A stretch of 64,000 nucleotides of DNA, taken from the NCBI GenBank assembly GCA_002269645.1, contig NIVC01001606.1, positions 103,876-167,875 of the forward strand, written 5' to 3'. Made by a program: the position numbers and the translations under genes. Positions 34,855-47,550 of this stretch are shown piece by piece; the first letter of the stretch is position 1; each line of letters opens with the position of its first letter. The notes below the pieces were generated by a model, which was not told where the DNA came from, did no database searches, and worked only from the letters and a program-made list of their open reading frames with translations. The DNA is from Macrostomum lignano. Its lineage: Eukaryota.

Positions 34855-35804
34855 CTGAAGTGTGATATAGAAATCGGAGAGTTTCTCGAAAGCACAAATG
34901 TTTTAAAGATGTTTAAAAAACACGAACGCACTGTGCTTTCGATAAAGAACGTCCTGGTTCAGAAAATCTGAACCTAGTTATATGCCACAGAGGGTGGCAC
35001 AGATTAGTGCCTCTGATCATCGCTCAAGGCTATTGGCTTTACCCTACCTATCTGTTTGTGCAGTTTTTGCTCAGGACCAAAATCACGGGCACAAAGTATG
35101 TGAGCCATGCACACGTGTTGGGCACTTTTTGGGACAAGCTGATACAATTGGACCCGTTCGTTCTATTATCTGCCAACTAACAAGTACCAGTCGTATTTAC
35201 ATGTAGTTATACAGAAATTTGCAGAAACAATAACGATCCAGAATACTTACTTCTACGCAGCCGTTGGGGTTTGCAAGCAAAACTAGTAAGTTTTGTCGAA
35301 GCTGACAAGCAGCGAACTGCTGCTTATAAAATTCCAAATAGCCAGCGGAAAAATTGCTGAAAATTACTTTCAAGCAGCTATTTTTCTACGGGTTTTAGCT
35401 GCCAGTGCAAACCTGGCTTTAGTCAGCCAGCCCAGCTTGGCTGCCTTGCGTAGCGAGTATTTTATTTCATCAGAAAGATGATATCTTTCTGAATCGAAAT
35501 CGTCCCTGATATGATAAGACGTGCAACATGTGACACGCTAAGATTCACATTTTTCAACTTTTAAACGGTGCCATTTTAAATGGCATGACGAATTTACAAA
35601 CGGTTTTCTTTAAAATTCGTCAAACACCTGCGGCTACCAGATCAACAGTGTTTGGTTGCCATGGCGTTGGGTTGTCAAAAACGTTGATAGGGGCAGGAAA
35701 ATATGGCAGCGCTTAGCGAGCTGCGTCAGTAAACACGGGCATCCAAGCTAAAATGATATAAAATGAATTTTTGTCTCGCACTTTATCTTCTTTCCATATA
35801 CTAA

Positions 35805-36100
35805 AAATCGGGAGCACGAGAATTTCCCGCAGGAATTTCTCCCGCCGAGCTTTCCCCGCACGAGTTTTTCCCGCACGAGATTTTCCCGCAGCGAGTTTTT
35901 CCCGCGACGATAATTTGCCGCAGGAGCTTTCCCCGCACAAGATTCTCCCGCAGCGAGTTTTTACCGCAGCGAGAGTTTCCCGCAGGAAATTTTCCCGTCG
36001 AGATTTTCCTGCCGAGCTTTTACCGCCGAGATTTTCCCGCACGAATTTTCCCCGCACAGACTTTTTCCAGCAGAAAGATTTTCCCGCAAGAAATTTCTCG
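35805..36100. repeat. degenerate ~15-bp TTTCCCGCA array
   Basis: Repeated TTT(C)CCGCA(G/C)GA units; resembles the subterminal repeat arrays of DNA transposons. Confidence 0.7.
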
Positions 36101-36254
36101 TGATTGCCTGTTTACCTTCCTACCTGTCTGTCTGTCTGTCTGTCTGTCTGTCTGCCTGCCTGGCTGGCTGGCTGCCTGTGTCGAATTTATCAAAGAAAAT
36201 CGCGTCTCTGCTAATAGCTTTCCTTTTTATAATTTCTTTCTTAAGGTAAACGCT

Positions 36255-38560
36255 CTCTGTGGACCGGCCTGCCCGAAAGGCGTGCTGGTTCTCACTGAGC
36301 GGCTTGTTCTTCAGTTCCACAGAGAGGAGGCGCCAGAGCACCAGTCTCTCCAACATCTTCACCAGTGAGGAGGTGAGGCTGATTGGTCTGAAGGATTTAA
36401 TGGACCGGTAGTCCGGTCGGCCGGGCTTGGGGATAAAGACCACCTTGGCCTCGGTCCAGGGTTTCGGAACAAAGCCGAGTACAATGCAAGCTTTCAAGAG
36501 CTGGCAAAGGTTCCGCAGGAAACCGGTGCATTTCACCGCCTCTCGCAGGAAAGCTTGCACAATTCCGTCCGGTCCTGGGGATTTGAAGAGTTTGAAGGAG
36601 GAGACTGCTTTAGTAACGCGGTCCTCCGTGATGATTGAGTCAGCCAGTACGTGACCGCCCACTGAGTGATCAGGGGGGTCGGGCCTGGCTGGCTCGCACG
36701 GGAAAAACGCTGTTAGCATCGCCTCCAGCGTTTCTCCTGGGTTCTCAGTGAGCGAGCCGTCGGCTCTCTTGACTGAGGAGAATTTGGACATTTTGTCCAG
36801 GGTGAGGGCTTTAACGATTCTGGAGGTGGGGCGGGAGCCCTCAAGTTCCTCACAGTATTCGCGCCACTTGTTGGTTTTGGCGTTCCTAACCTGCCTCTTG
36901 AACTCGTGGATAGAGTTCAGGTAGGCGGTTAGGTCGGCCGGGTTTTTAGTTTTTTGGGGCCTGCGGTGAAGCCTTTTGGCTCTGCGACGGAGGTCGCCAA
37001 GCTGCGGACCCGTTCCACCATGGGGCCGACTGTTCGTCGTTATATGCCTTTAGTGGGCATGAGGCTTCGAAAACAGCAGTGAGCGAGTCCGTAAGTGCGG
37101 CTGCAAATTCATCTGCGCTTCCTCGCAAGTGTTGATGGAGACTGGAGTGCTAGTGCATCGATAGGTCTCTTCCAGGGCAAGCCTGAAGGCGGTCCAGTCG
37201 GTATTCCTAGCATTCCGTTTCCAGTAAAACTGGCCAGCGTGGAGATGAACTTGTGATCGGAGAGGGACGCCTCAGAAAGCACCCGCCACTCCCTAGTACT
37301 CTGGAAGCGTGGCGAGGGTGGCATCCAGCACCTCCGATCGGCGTCCGTTATTGAAGGTAGGGGTATTACCCGAGTTACAGAACTCAAGGGTTGTAGTAGT
37401 GATATAAGCCAGGAAGTCTTCACCTCTCTGGTTAATATCAGAACTGCCCCAGTGGGTGAGGTGGGCGTTGATATCGCCTGCCACAAGCAGCTCATAATTC
37501 CTGGTGGAGCAGAGCTTGACCAGTGTGACAAGCTCTACTGGGATCATCTCGCCGTCGCCCGGTAGGTAGACCGAGGCGATGAGGGTAGTCCTCCCAGGGA
37601 GTATGTCTTCAGACTGGATGACACAGATGTCCCTGGTAGACAGGGGGGGTCCGATCTGAGCCATGCGTTAATAGAACTGGACACCATGATGCAGGATCTT
37701 GGTGTCAGATTTCCCTCCTGGGTGCCAGCGGTTAAACACTGGTAGCCGTTGGGGACATGTTGGGGCCTGCCCCTTAGCGTCCAAGGTTCCTGGATAAGGA
37801 TAATCCCTGGCACGTATTGGCCAGTGTGCTTCAAGAGGTTGACCGAAGCAGCAATGCTGTGCTGCAGGTTGACCTGCAAGCAGTGAATGCCCTGGGAGAC
37901 AGTCATGTCTACTGTCCAGGGGAGGAGAAAAGCAACTCATTCTCAGCCTCATCGGTGAGAGTTGAGTCGCCAATTTCCATTGGCTCAGGCTCAGTCGCCT
38001 CCTCAGCCGCCGCGGAGGCGGACACGGCGCCCACGGCAGGTGAGTCACCTAGCCGCGCTACACCGCCCTCCTCCCCAGCGACTGGGGTACGGTTGCTGCC
38101 TTCGCCTTGCGCCCCGCCGTCGGGAGTCTGAGCTCGGCGGGCAGCGTCCTCCTGGTGGTAATCCCACCAGTTGGAAGGCTGAGCCATGCCGTCGTCCAGT
38201 TCCCTCGGCTGGCTTTCAGTGTTTTTGCGAGCGGCACGAGTCTGCTCGAGGTGAAGTCTCAGAGACTGAGCTTCGTCAAATGCGCGCTGGATTAGCCCGG
38301 ACCGCCGGTTACTGCGGGCGGGTCTACGTCCGTGCGGGGCGGACTCAGCAGCGCGAATAACCTTTGTTAGGCTCGGGATCGAGTTGCTGCTGCCGCTTGG
38401 CCGGCGGAGCCTGAGCCCCAGCTCCGGGAGCGGCGCGCTTCCCGTCGTTCTTGGTCTCCACCTTGCCCTCCTCACAGCGGAGGATGGTCAGTTGGTGGAG
38501 ACCAAGGTGGAAGTTTGAGCCATGCGGTAGCCGCTTGGCCCATCCCTCCGTCAGGCCTTA
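36255..38560 (-). mobile_element. degenerate non-LTR retrotransposon (R1/LOA-like): ORF1 end, AP-endonuclease and N-terminal RT
   Basis: CLQVNLQHS, ILIQEPW, ASVYLPG, AGDINAHLTHWGS, NTPTF (endonuclease); SPGPDGI, KVVFIPKPGRPDYRSIKSFRPISLTS, QHAFRAGRST (RT). Several frameshifts; the sequence breaks off just before a (GACA)n run at 36122-36160. Confidence 0.9.
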
Positions 38561-40509
38561 CGTACTGCCTTACGTCAACAACACCTGAAGCTTTTTGTAG
38601 CACTTTAGTTTTTTTACGCTAAAATGTACTTTTGACATGACTGTCTATGTGCACTTTAAAAGTACACATTTTTCATAAAGATAAAAAACTTTATTTTCAA
38701 AATTTTCTAACCCAAATTGCTCTACTGGATGCCCTCTATTCGGAAACACCGAGATCTGCTTCACTGGGCCATTCATAGCTTCTCTATATGGCTAAAGGCG
38801 TCAGTTTAAGTCACGTTTTCAAAAAGTAGTCCTCAAACTAGAGAAGCCATTTTACGCTGCCGTGTTGAGACTTTAACATGACTTGTCAAACATGCATGTA
38901 GCTCATATGGAGCTTTTTGTTCCTAGATTTACTAAGAATTTGGAGCTACCCTTGCGGAGCAGTGGCATAGAAACCAGGAAAAAAACTCGTTCAAATGACA
39001 TAAGGCACTCAGGGAAAAAACCCCTGCTAACAGGTACTTTTTACCTGTTTATGGAACAACGGCCCTTTTTGTGGATACCAACTTTGAAGTCGAAAAATAA
39101 GGACTTTTGTGCACTTTAAATATAGTGCAGTAGCCAACGCTGAAGTTTAACTGGTCATACGCCAACATGGCTAGAAAATCCGTATTTTTGAGAAGATTGC
39201 TTCTGAATTTTGAAAGGGCCGTTTTTAGGCAAGTTTTGAGTACAACTTTACTAATAACTCTGCATTTGCGCGACATAGAGACTCAGGTTTGGTGTCTATA
39301 AACAGCACCTTGGACGGACTATGCAACTGTATCAGTTCTGAATACTGATTCCTAAGTTAGCAGGTGTCAATACCTGTTTGTTTACCTGTAGGAACAGGTG
39401 AAAATGTATAGTTTGGCGTCTAGTAGCCGCAAAATTTGTTAACATATTTTGATGTATGCGCCTTGATGTTATCTCTGAAACGACAGGCAACTCGTGTTTT
39501 GTAGGTAGAGGTGTTGCGATGCGGTCAGCAGAAATGTATGAAAAGCTGCTAAAATCTTAGAAGTGGCTGCTAAAGGCAATCATCAATATTAAATGTGTGT
39601 AGTGTAGTGATTGCTCATAAGCTAGTGGATTATGTCAGAACTAAGGTTTGAAGCCCTAGTGCTGGTTGGAATTTTTTAAGTTTGAAGATATTTTAGCGAA
39701 CAGAATTTTTTGTATATTCCAAGGGAGAAAAGAGTAGCACCCAATCTCTTGGACGGCAGCAAGTATAACTACTGAAAAAAAGACATTTTTTCGATACATA
39801 TAGGCAAGGATGTCGCGTGTACAGGGAGTCAAAGTCGAGGGGAGGCGGGGTGTGGGCTGAGGGTGAAGTGGGGGCTGTGGGGGCGGCGAGACCCCCACAT
39901 GACATCCCATACCCAAACCCAACAGCCAAGTCGACGGGAGGGTATAACTATGTACTCGTATAACTAAATATAGCCCACTAATTAGTTTCTTAATTAAGTT
40001 CTTAACAACTAACACTGGGGAATTTCTGAGATGTCAATTCCTTCTAAAAATACAATTCGAATGTAAAACAAGTTTTCGTCAATTTTTAGTAAGCATCCAT
40101 CTGCCCCAGTTTATGAGTGGCCATGCCGACTGCCACAGCAGCCAACTAATTGGCTGATAACTTTTTTGAAATAAATAACTAGCTTACTTATTAAACTGGA
40201 TCAATATTTTTGTTTCACTGAATCAGTTAGATCAACTAATTTTAAATCAACTTTTCAAAATCAAATTTCAAATCTTATTAAAGCATAACGCATTTTAAGC
40301 AGACGACTCATGAAACAGATGTTTAAAAATAAATGCAAAAATTGAATATTGATAAAATCCGATTTTGCTATTTGAATCTTACATGTAACATTACACTAAA
40401 ATAATTGGTAATTAGTTCAAAAATTAAAATTAAATTTGCAGTAAAAATGTTTTTAATCTTGTAGATTTTGGCGTTATTGGCACCTTTAAGTGATGAAGTA
40501 GGCTAAGGA

Positions 40510-41950
40510 GCGAGAGAGGGGTATAGAGTGAGGAAGAGAGGTCAGTGAGGGAGAGTGGTCAGTGAGGGAGAGTGGTGAGTGAGGGAGAGTGGTGAGTGAG
40601 GAAGAGAGGTCAGTGAGGGAGAGTGGTCAGTGAGGGAGAGTGGTGAGTGAGGGAGAGTGGTGAGTGAGAGAGAGTGGTGAGTGATGGAGAGTGGTGAGTG
40701 AGAGAGAGTGGTGAGTGAGGGAGAGTGGTGAGTGATGGAGAGTGGTGAGTGAGGGAGAGTGGTGAGTGAGGGAGAGTGGTGAGTGAGGGAGAGTGGTGAG
40801 TGAGGGAGAGTGGTGAGTGAGGGAGAGTGGTGAGTGAGGGAGAGTGGTGAGTGAGGGAGAGTGGTGAGTGAGGGAGAGTGGTGAGTGAGTGAGGGAGGGT
40901 GGTGAGTGAGGGAGAGTGGTGAGTGAGGGAGAGTGGTGAGTGAGGGAGAGTGGTGAGTGAGGGAGAGTGGTGAGTGAGGGAGAGTGGTGAGTGAGGGAGA
41001 GTGGTGAGTGAGGGAGAGTGGTGAGTGAGGGAGAGTGGTGAGTGAGGGAGAGTGGTGAGTGAGAAAGAGAGGTCAGTGAGGGAGAGTGGTGAGTGAGAGA
41101 GAGTGGTGAGTGAGGGAGAGTGGTGAGTGAGGGAGAGTGGTGAGTGAGGGAGAGTGGTGAGTGATGGAGAGTGGTGAGTGAGGGAGAGTGGTGAGTGAGG
41201 GAGAGTGGTGAGTGAGAAAGAGAGGTCAGTGAGGGAGAGTGGTGAGTGAGAGAGAGTGGTGAGTGAGGGAGAGTGGTGAGTGAGAGAGAGTGGTGAGTGA
41301 GGGAGAGTGGTGAGTGAGGGAGAGTGGTGAGTGAGAGAGAGTGGTGAGTGAGGGAGAGTGGTGAGTGAGGGAGGGTGGTGAGTGAGGGAGAGTGGTGAGT
41401 GAGAGAGAGTGGTGAGTGAGGGAGAGTGGTGAGTGAGGGAGAGTGGTGAGTGAGGGAGAGTGGTGAGTGAGGGAGAGTGGTGAGTGATGGAGAGTGGTGA
41501 GTGAGGGAGAGTGGTGAGTGAGGGAGAGTGGTGAGTGAGGGAGAGTGGTGAGTGAGAAAGAGAGGTCAGTGAGGGAGAGTGGTGAGTGATGGAGAGTGGT
41601 GAGTGAGGGAGAGTGGTGAGTGAGGGAGAGTGGTGAGTGATGGAGAGTGGTGAGTGAGGGAGAGTGGTGAGTGAGGGAGAGTGGTGAGTGAGGGAGGGTG
41701 GTGAGTGATGGAGAGTGGTGAGTGAGGGAGAGTGGTGAGTGAGGGAGAGTGGTGAGTGAGGGAGAGTGGTGAGTGAGGGAGAGTGGTGAGTGAGGGAGAG
41801 TGGTGAGTGAGGGAGAGTGGTGAGTGAGGGAGAGTGGTGAGTGAGGGAGAGTGGTGAGTGAGGGAGAGTGGTGAGTGAGGGAGGGTGGTGAGTGAGGGAG
41901 AGTGGTGAGTGAGGGAGAGTGGTGAGTGAGGGAGGGTGGTGAGTGAGAGA
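40510..41950. repeat. 17-bp purine-rich minisatellite just 3' of C9orf72
   Basis: Unit GAGTGAGGGAGAGTGGT, starting within about 40 bp of the stop codon. Confidence 0.97.
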
Positions 41951-41987
41951 GTAGACAGTCATCAAGGTCAGTCATCAGTGAGCAGGG

Positions 41988-44900
41988 TCAGAGCGCCTCC
42001 TCAGACTCCGAGGCACCGCCGGGCAGTCGGGGGTCTCCATAAAGCAGGGCGGCCGCCCCGGGCCGCAGGGTCTCGGCCAGGCTGACCAGCCTGCGGACTT
42101 CGGCAGGCGAGCAGCCCAGCTGGGCCACTGCGGCGGGGATTCTGTCCGGCAGGCGGTCGGTCAGGTGGAGCAGCAGGCGAGCCTGTTTGGCCCTGCGCTG
42201 CTGGAACAGGCGGAGCTGGGCTGCCTGACCGGCTGACAGGGACAACAACCGGTGTACTAGGGGCTGCACCTGGGGAGAAAGAGTGGATAAGATAGTAAGG
42301 GTGGAGGAGACACGCAGGGAGGAGACACGCAGGGAGGAGACACGCAGGGAGGAGACACGCAGGGAGCTGAGGAGACACGCAGGGAGGGGACATGCACGGA
42401 GAAGACACGCAGGGAGGAGACATGCAGAGAGAAGACACGCAGGGAGGAGACATGAAGGGAGGAGACACGCAGGGAGGAGACACGCAGGGAGGAGACACGC
42501 AGGGAGGAGACACGCAGGGAGGAGACACGCAGGGAGGAGACACGCAGGGAGAAGGCACGCAGGGAGGAGACACGCAGGGAGGAGACACGCAGGGAGGAGA
42601 CACGCAGGGAGGAGACACGCAGGGAGGAGACACGCAGGGAGAAGGCACGCAGGGAGGAGACACGCAGGGAGGAGACACGCAGGGAGGAGACACGCAGGGA
42701 GAAGACACATAGGGAGGAGACACTCACGGACAGAGGCGGCTCACCTCGGAGTGTCCGGCAGCGGCCGGGGAGGCGGCAGCGAGGCCGGTCACGAGGCCAG
42801 CCTGAGAGAACCGGCGCCGCTCGCCGCCGCAAAGCAGGGCGCGCCGTTCGCAGTAGCGCGCCAGCGAGTGCAGCGGCTGAAGGCAGCAGCGCCTGACACT
42901 GCGGTCTCGCAGCTGAACGATGCACAGCGGCCTTGGCGAGGCCAGGCAGTGGCCGGGCGAGCACACGGACTCCGTCACTGCTAATCCGGATTTCAAACCC
43001 GACGGCTCGGAGGGGTGGCCAGAGCCAGATGTGGCGGTTGGGGAGCTAGGGGAGCCTTGGGTGGACGGAGCTGCACCCTGCATTGTGGTGGGGTGACAGT
43101 CTGATGGATTGCTAATCTGTCTGATGGATTGCTAATCTGTGTCTGATGGATTGCTAATCTGTCTGATGGATTGCTAATCTGTGTCTGATGGATTGCTAAT
43201 CTGTGTGTCTGATGGATTGCTAATCTGTGTCTGATGGATTGCTAATCTGTGTCTGATGGATTGCTAATCTGTGATTGATGGATTGCTAATCTGTGTGTCT
43301 GATGGATTGCTAATCTGTGTCTGATGGATTGCTAATCTGTGTCTGATGGATTGCTAATCTGTGTGTCTGATGGATTGCTAATCTGTGTCTGATGGATTGC
43401 TAATCTGTGTCTGATGGATTGCTAATCTGTGTCTGATGGATTGCTAATCTGTGTCTGATGGATTGCTAATATGTGTCTGATGGATTGCTAATCTGTGATT
43501 GATGGATTGCTAATCTGTGTGTCTGATGGATTGCTAATCTGTGTCTGATGGATTGCTAATCTGTGTCTGATGGATTGCTAATCTGTGTCTGATGGATTGC
43601 TAATCAGTGTCTGATAGATTGCTAATCTGTGTCTGATAGATTGCTAATCTGTGTCTGATGGATTGCTAATCAGTGTCTGATAGATTGCTAATCTGTACCT
43701 GATGGATTGCTAATCTGTGTCTGATGGATTGCTAATCTGTGTCTGATGGATTGCTAATCAGTGTCTGATAGATTGCTAATCTGTACCTGATGGATTGCTA
43801 ATCTGTGTCTGATGGATTGCTAATCTGTGTCTGATTGATTGCTAATCTGTGTCTGATGGATTGCTAATCAGTGTCTGATAGATTGCTAATCTGTACCTGA
43901 TGGATTGCTAATCTGTGTCTGATGGATTGCTAATCTGTGTCTGATAGAATCTTCACAGCGGACTGCTAGGCCACCTAATCAGTCACATTGAATCACCTGC
44001 AGGAAGAAGTGGCCCCCGCTATCCGATCCGCCCATCCCGACGCCGCCGCCACCGAAATCCTCTGGAGCTGCCACCAGCGCAGAGCAAGCCCTCTCAGCCG
44101 GAGTATTAAACAGCGCCAGGGTCATCAGCATCAGATTCACTCGCTCCCGATCCCGACCAATCACCAGGCTGCGACCTTGAGCGCTCAGGTGACCTTCGAT
44201 GGCTCGGGCCAGAAATGACGGTTCAACATTGCGATCCGGAGCCAAGGCGGTGCGGCAGAGGGGCACGGGCTCGGGCAGGCGTCCGGCCTCCAGCTGCTCT
44301 GTGAGCTCGGCAAACCGCTCGATCAGTGTGCCATAGTCACTGAGTGCCTGCTGCAGGCCCTGTGGCACAGTTTCAGTTGATGTGTGGCTGAGGATCTGAG
44401 GTTGGCAGCCCAGCAACTGAGGATCTGAGACGCTGGTTGTCCAGCAACTGAGGATCTGGGAGGTTGGTTGCCCAGCAACTGAGGATCTGGGAGGCTGATT
44501 GCCCAGCAACTGAGGATCTGGGAGGCTGATTGTCCAGCAACTGAGGATCTGGGAGGCTGATTGCCCAGCAACTGAGGATCTGGGAGGCTGATTGTCCAGC
44601 AACTGAGGATCTGGGAGGCTGATTGCCCAGCAACTGAGGATCTGGGAGGCTGATTGCCCAGCAAATAAGGATCTGGGAGGCTGGCCCAGCAACTAAGGAT
44701 CTGGGAGGCTTATGGCGCAGCAACAGAGGATCTGGGAGGCTGTGGTCCAGCAACTGAGGATCTGGGAGGCTGGTTGCCCAGCAAATAAGGATCTGGGAGG
44801 CTGGTTGCCCAGCAAATAAGGATCTGGGAGGCTGACCCAGCAACTGAGGATCTGGGAGGCTGAAGGCCCAGCAACTGAGGATTTGGGAGGCTGGCCCAGC

Positions 44901-45564
44901 AACTGAGGATCTGGGAGGCTGGTTGCCCAGCAACTGAAGATCTGGGAGGCTGGCCCAGCAACTGAAGATCTGGGAGGCTGGCCCAGCAACTGAAGATCTG
45001 GGAGGCTGGTTGCCCAGCAACTGAAGATCTGGGAGGCCCCTCTATTGAGAATCTGGTTAAGGTCTTGGCTACTAAGCTACAAAAGTACTCTGTCAGTACC
45101 AGTCTGTGCCTCGCTCTCAGCAGGTGCAAATTCCTATCGAAGAAGTCGCAGACCAGCGGTCGCCAGGGCAAGCAGAACTGGGCGTACCCAGCCTGGGGGA
45201 ACACCAGGACAAACGCTGTTGCGGCTGGAACAGCTGCAGCATGATCAGCTGAGCTGGTGAAGCAGCCAAAGGAATCGTAGGTGAAGGAGAACAGCGACAC
45301 GGACAGAGCTGGCAGGTGCAGCAGCTGATGGGCAATTCTCCTGCAGTCAGCATTGCTAGCAGGCTGAGCCACTCGACAGCTCAAACAGATTTTGCTGAGC
45401 TGCTGATAGAGCTGACGGGTGTGCTCAGACTGCCACGTGCCTGGCTTGCACCAGGTGTGCAGGAGGCTGGGCCCTAGGACGTCAGACCAGGCACAGAGGA
45501 AGGCACCTGATAAGCAGCACTCTTCATCAATAATCTCTTCAACTGATGGTTCAGTTGGCAGCAT
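41988..45564 (-). CDS. C9orf72: C9orf72 orthologue (longin/DENN-domain subunit of the C9orf72-SMCR8-WDR41 complex), 4 exons, ~480 aa
   Basis: Exons 45100-45564, 43997-44359, 42745-43077 and 41988-42269, all phase 0 with GT-AG introns. Recognisable blocks: AWSDVLGPSLLHTW (cf. YWDNILGPRVRHIW), FLARAIEGHLSAQGRSLVIGRDRERVNLMLMTLALFNTPAERACS (cf. FLLNAISSHLQTCGCSVVVGSSAEKVNKIVRTLCLFLTPAERKCS), LVSLAETLRPGAAALLYGDP (cf. IMALAEKIKPGLHSFIFGRP). Comparisons are with the human sequence as recalled. Confidence 0.9.
42305..42725. repeat. 15-bp minisatellite filling C9orf72 intron 3
   Basis: Unit GGAGACACGCAGGGA. Confidence 0.97.
43098..43945. repeat. 22-bp minisatellite filling C9orf72 intron 2
   Basis: Unit GTCTGATGGATTGCTAATCTGT. 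Confidence 0.97.
44385..45035. repeat. 27-31-bp minisatellite filling C9orf72 intron 1
   Basis: Unit CAGCAACTGAGGATCTGGGAGGCTG(ATT/GTT)GCC and shorter variants. Confidence 0.95.
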
Positions 45565-45784
45565 TGAATTTGCAGTTCTATTTGAAAGCTGAAAACACTT
45601 TTTTGAGACAATGAGGCAATCAACTTAAAATAATATTACCATCAGGGGCGGATTTTAGGGTGGGGCGGGGGCCACTTCCTGAAATAGATTGAGGGAACAT
45701 ATTGCGCCCACCAAAAACCAAAGTTTGCGCCCTTGAACTTCTAGATCCGCCACTAACTAGCTTATATTAATGAATGAGAGAACA

Positions 45785-47345
45785 AAGACTTCAGCGGGAT
45801 ATTGGTGAACAGAGACACAGCATCAAAACTGAAAAGTCTGTCAGCAGAACCGGTAGTGATTTCGGTAAGGCATTCAAGAAATTCACGACTAGAGGAAACT
45901 CTAAATTCATGAGGGATGACGGGCTTGATAAGAGAATCAAGGGACCTAGCAAGTTCATACTCAGCGGTAGCCACACTTGTGGACTTTGCACAAACTGTAG
46001 AGCTGACCGTTGGCTACCAGGAGCAATACGCTTAAAATTATCAGGACCAACGTGAGGCTTAACGTTTGTTCTAAGGAACGTTTGCAGAGATCTCTCGCTT
46101 TTAAGCACGGGATGCATCAACAATCAACATGACCTCAACCATCCCAAGGCAATGGAATTTCTGACCATCATGCACCATATTTTCAAGCTTGTCAATGTAA
46201 TCAGTACTATCCATAATGGCAACACCATAGCCTTTGTCATAACTAACAACTTTGATACTATCATTTTTCTTCAGTTTGCTCATTGCTTGGTGAAAAAGTC
46301 TATTTCTAATCGAGTTAACATAACCCTGAGCATTATAGAGAAAACGATCAAATTCAGAAATCAATTGATGCCAAAAGCTATCAGGTGCCAGAACCTTTTT
46401 ACCCAGCAGGTCTTTCGATTGGAGGCACCTACTCACCCCGGAGTCGATTTCAGCCATGCTGCAGAGTAATTAGTTCCGTGATAGAAGGTTTGTAGCGAGA
46501 GGTTGGTGACAGCCTGGACTCCTCGAGCTGGCTACTGACCTGGTTTACAAGCGCCCAGATCATCTGCCTTTTCAGAAGACTGTCTTTAAAAAGATGCTCA
46601 GATTTGCTACTTCTGGTATCTTTCTGTTTGGGGATAGGTACTACAAGCAAATTGATGGCTGTGCCATGGGCAGCCCTCTTGCCCCACCCTGGCTAATCTT
46701 TGCATGGCCCATTGGGAAAAAGACTGGATAGCCCTCTTGTGTGCGCCTCGGTTTTACAAACAATACATAGATGACTTGAAACTGTTGCATGATGAAGTGG
46801 AACAGCTTACTGGCCATTTCATTGGGAATGGTTACCCCAGGAACTATGTGTCTCGCATTGTGAACCAGTTTTTAAATAACAAGCTGACAAATCAAAAGAG
46901 CACTTAGGAGGATAATGCTAAAGAAACTAACTGCCTTATAATTATGTTGCCATTTTTTGGCCTGTGCTCTGATTTCAAAAAAGCCTCAATGTTCAGCTTA
47001 GAATCATGTTTTGCACAGAAGTGTCTAGGTAGTATATCTGCAACTTGAAGTCACGTGTGCCTTAACCTTTTAATGCAAGTGTTGTTTTATAAGTTTCATT
47101 GCTCTGGTGACCAGAGTATTTTATAAATTGGAAAAACTAAGCAACACTTGCATACCAAGGTCAAGGAGCATTGGACCAATAGATCTACTGTACAGGAGCA
47201 CTTTCTCATATGAGACTCATGCTATAACAGCAAACCTATTGATTTATTAAAGATTATTTATTCCTGCTACCATGAGCACACTTTAAACATCTTAGAGGCT
47301 ATGTATATCAAAGATCAAAACCCAAGCCTAAACTGCCAGCTAGCT
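45785..47345. mobile_element. Penelope-like retroelement relic (RT + GIY-YIG) with an inverted 5' part
   Basis: Minus strand about 46510-45790: KVVSYDKGYGVAIMDSTDYIDK ... FSFDAVSLFTNIPL. Plus strand from about 46522: LELATDLVY...YYKQIDGCAMGSPLAP...YKQYIDD, GYPRNYV, then GIY-YIG-like YKFHC...IGKTKQHL...KEH and LNILEAMYIKDQNPSLN. Confidence 0.88.
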
Positions 47346-47550
47346 ATGGGGGTGCCAGCTGCCAACTCAGCATGCTTTAGCTTGTAATCTACGTTATTGC
47401 ACTATTTGCTCTCTTTTTTCTATTTGAAATTGCTTCAACCAAACAGTATATACATTTAATTTATATGATTAATTTAATTAAATACATGTAAATTTATTTA
47501 ACTGTTTATTCAATTTTCAATTTTCTTTATTGCCCTAATGATGACCTATA

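Noticed and set aside
39657-40017. Possible MITE (TAGTGCTGGTTG / CAACTAACACTG)
   Set aside because: Weak TIR match and no target-site duplication.
40610-41975. 451-aa and 249-aa His/Ser/Pro-rich ORFs
   Set aside because: Stop-free reading of a 17-bp tandem repeat, with no start context or splice support.
42257-42984. Repeat ORFs (LLPAC, VSPPC, RRHAG, GGDTQ)
   Set aside because: These are the 15-bp intron 3 array of C9orf72. The true exons are 42745-43077 and 41988-42269.
45643-45755. Short element with GGCGGAT / ATCCGCC inverted ends
   Set aside because: TIR-like but no TSD was found, and it is too short to classify.
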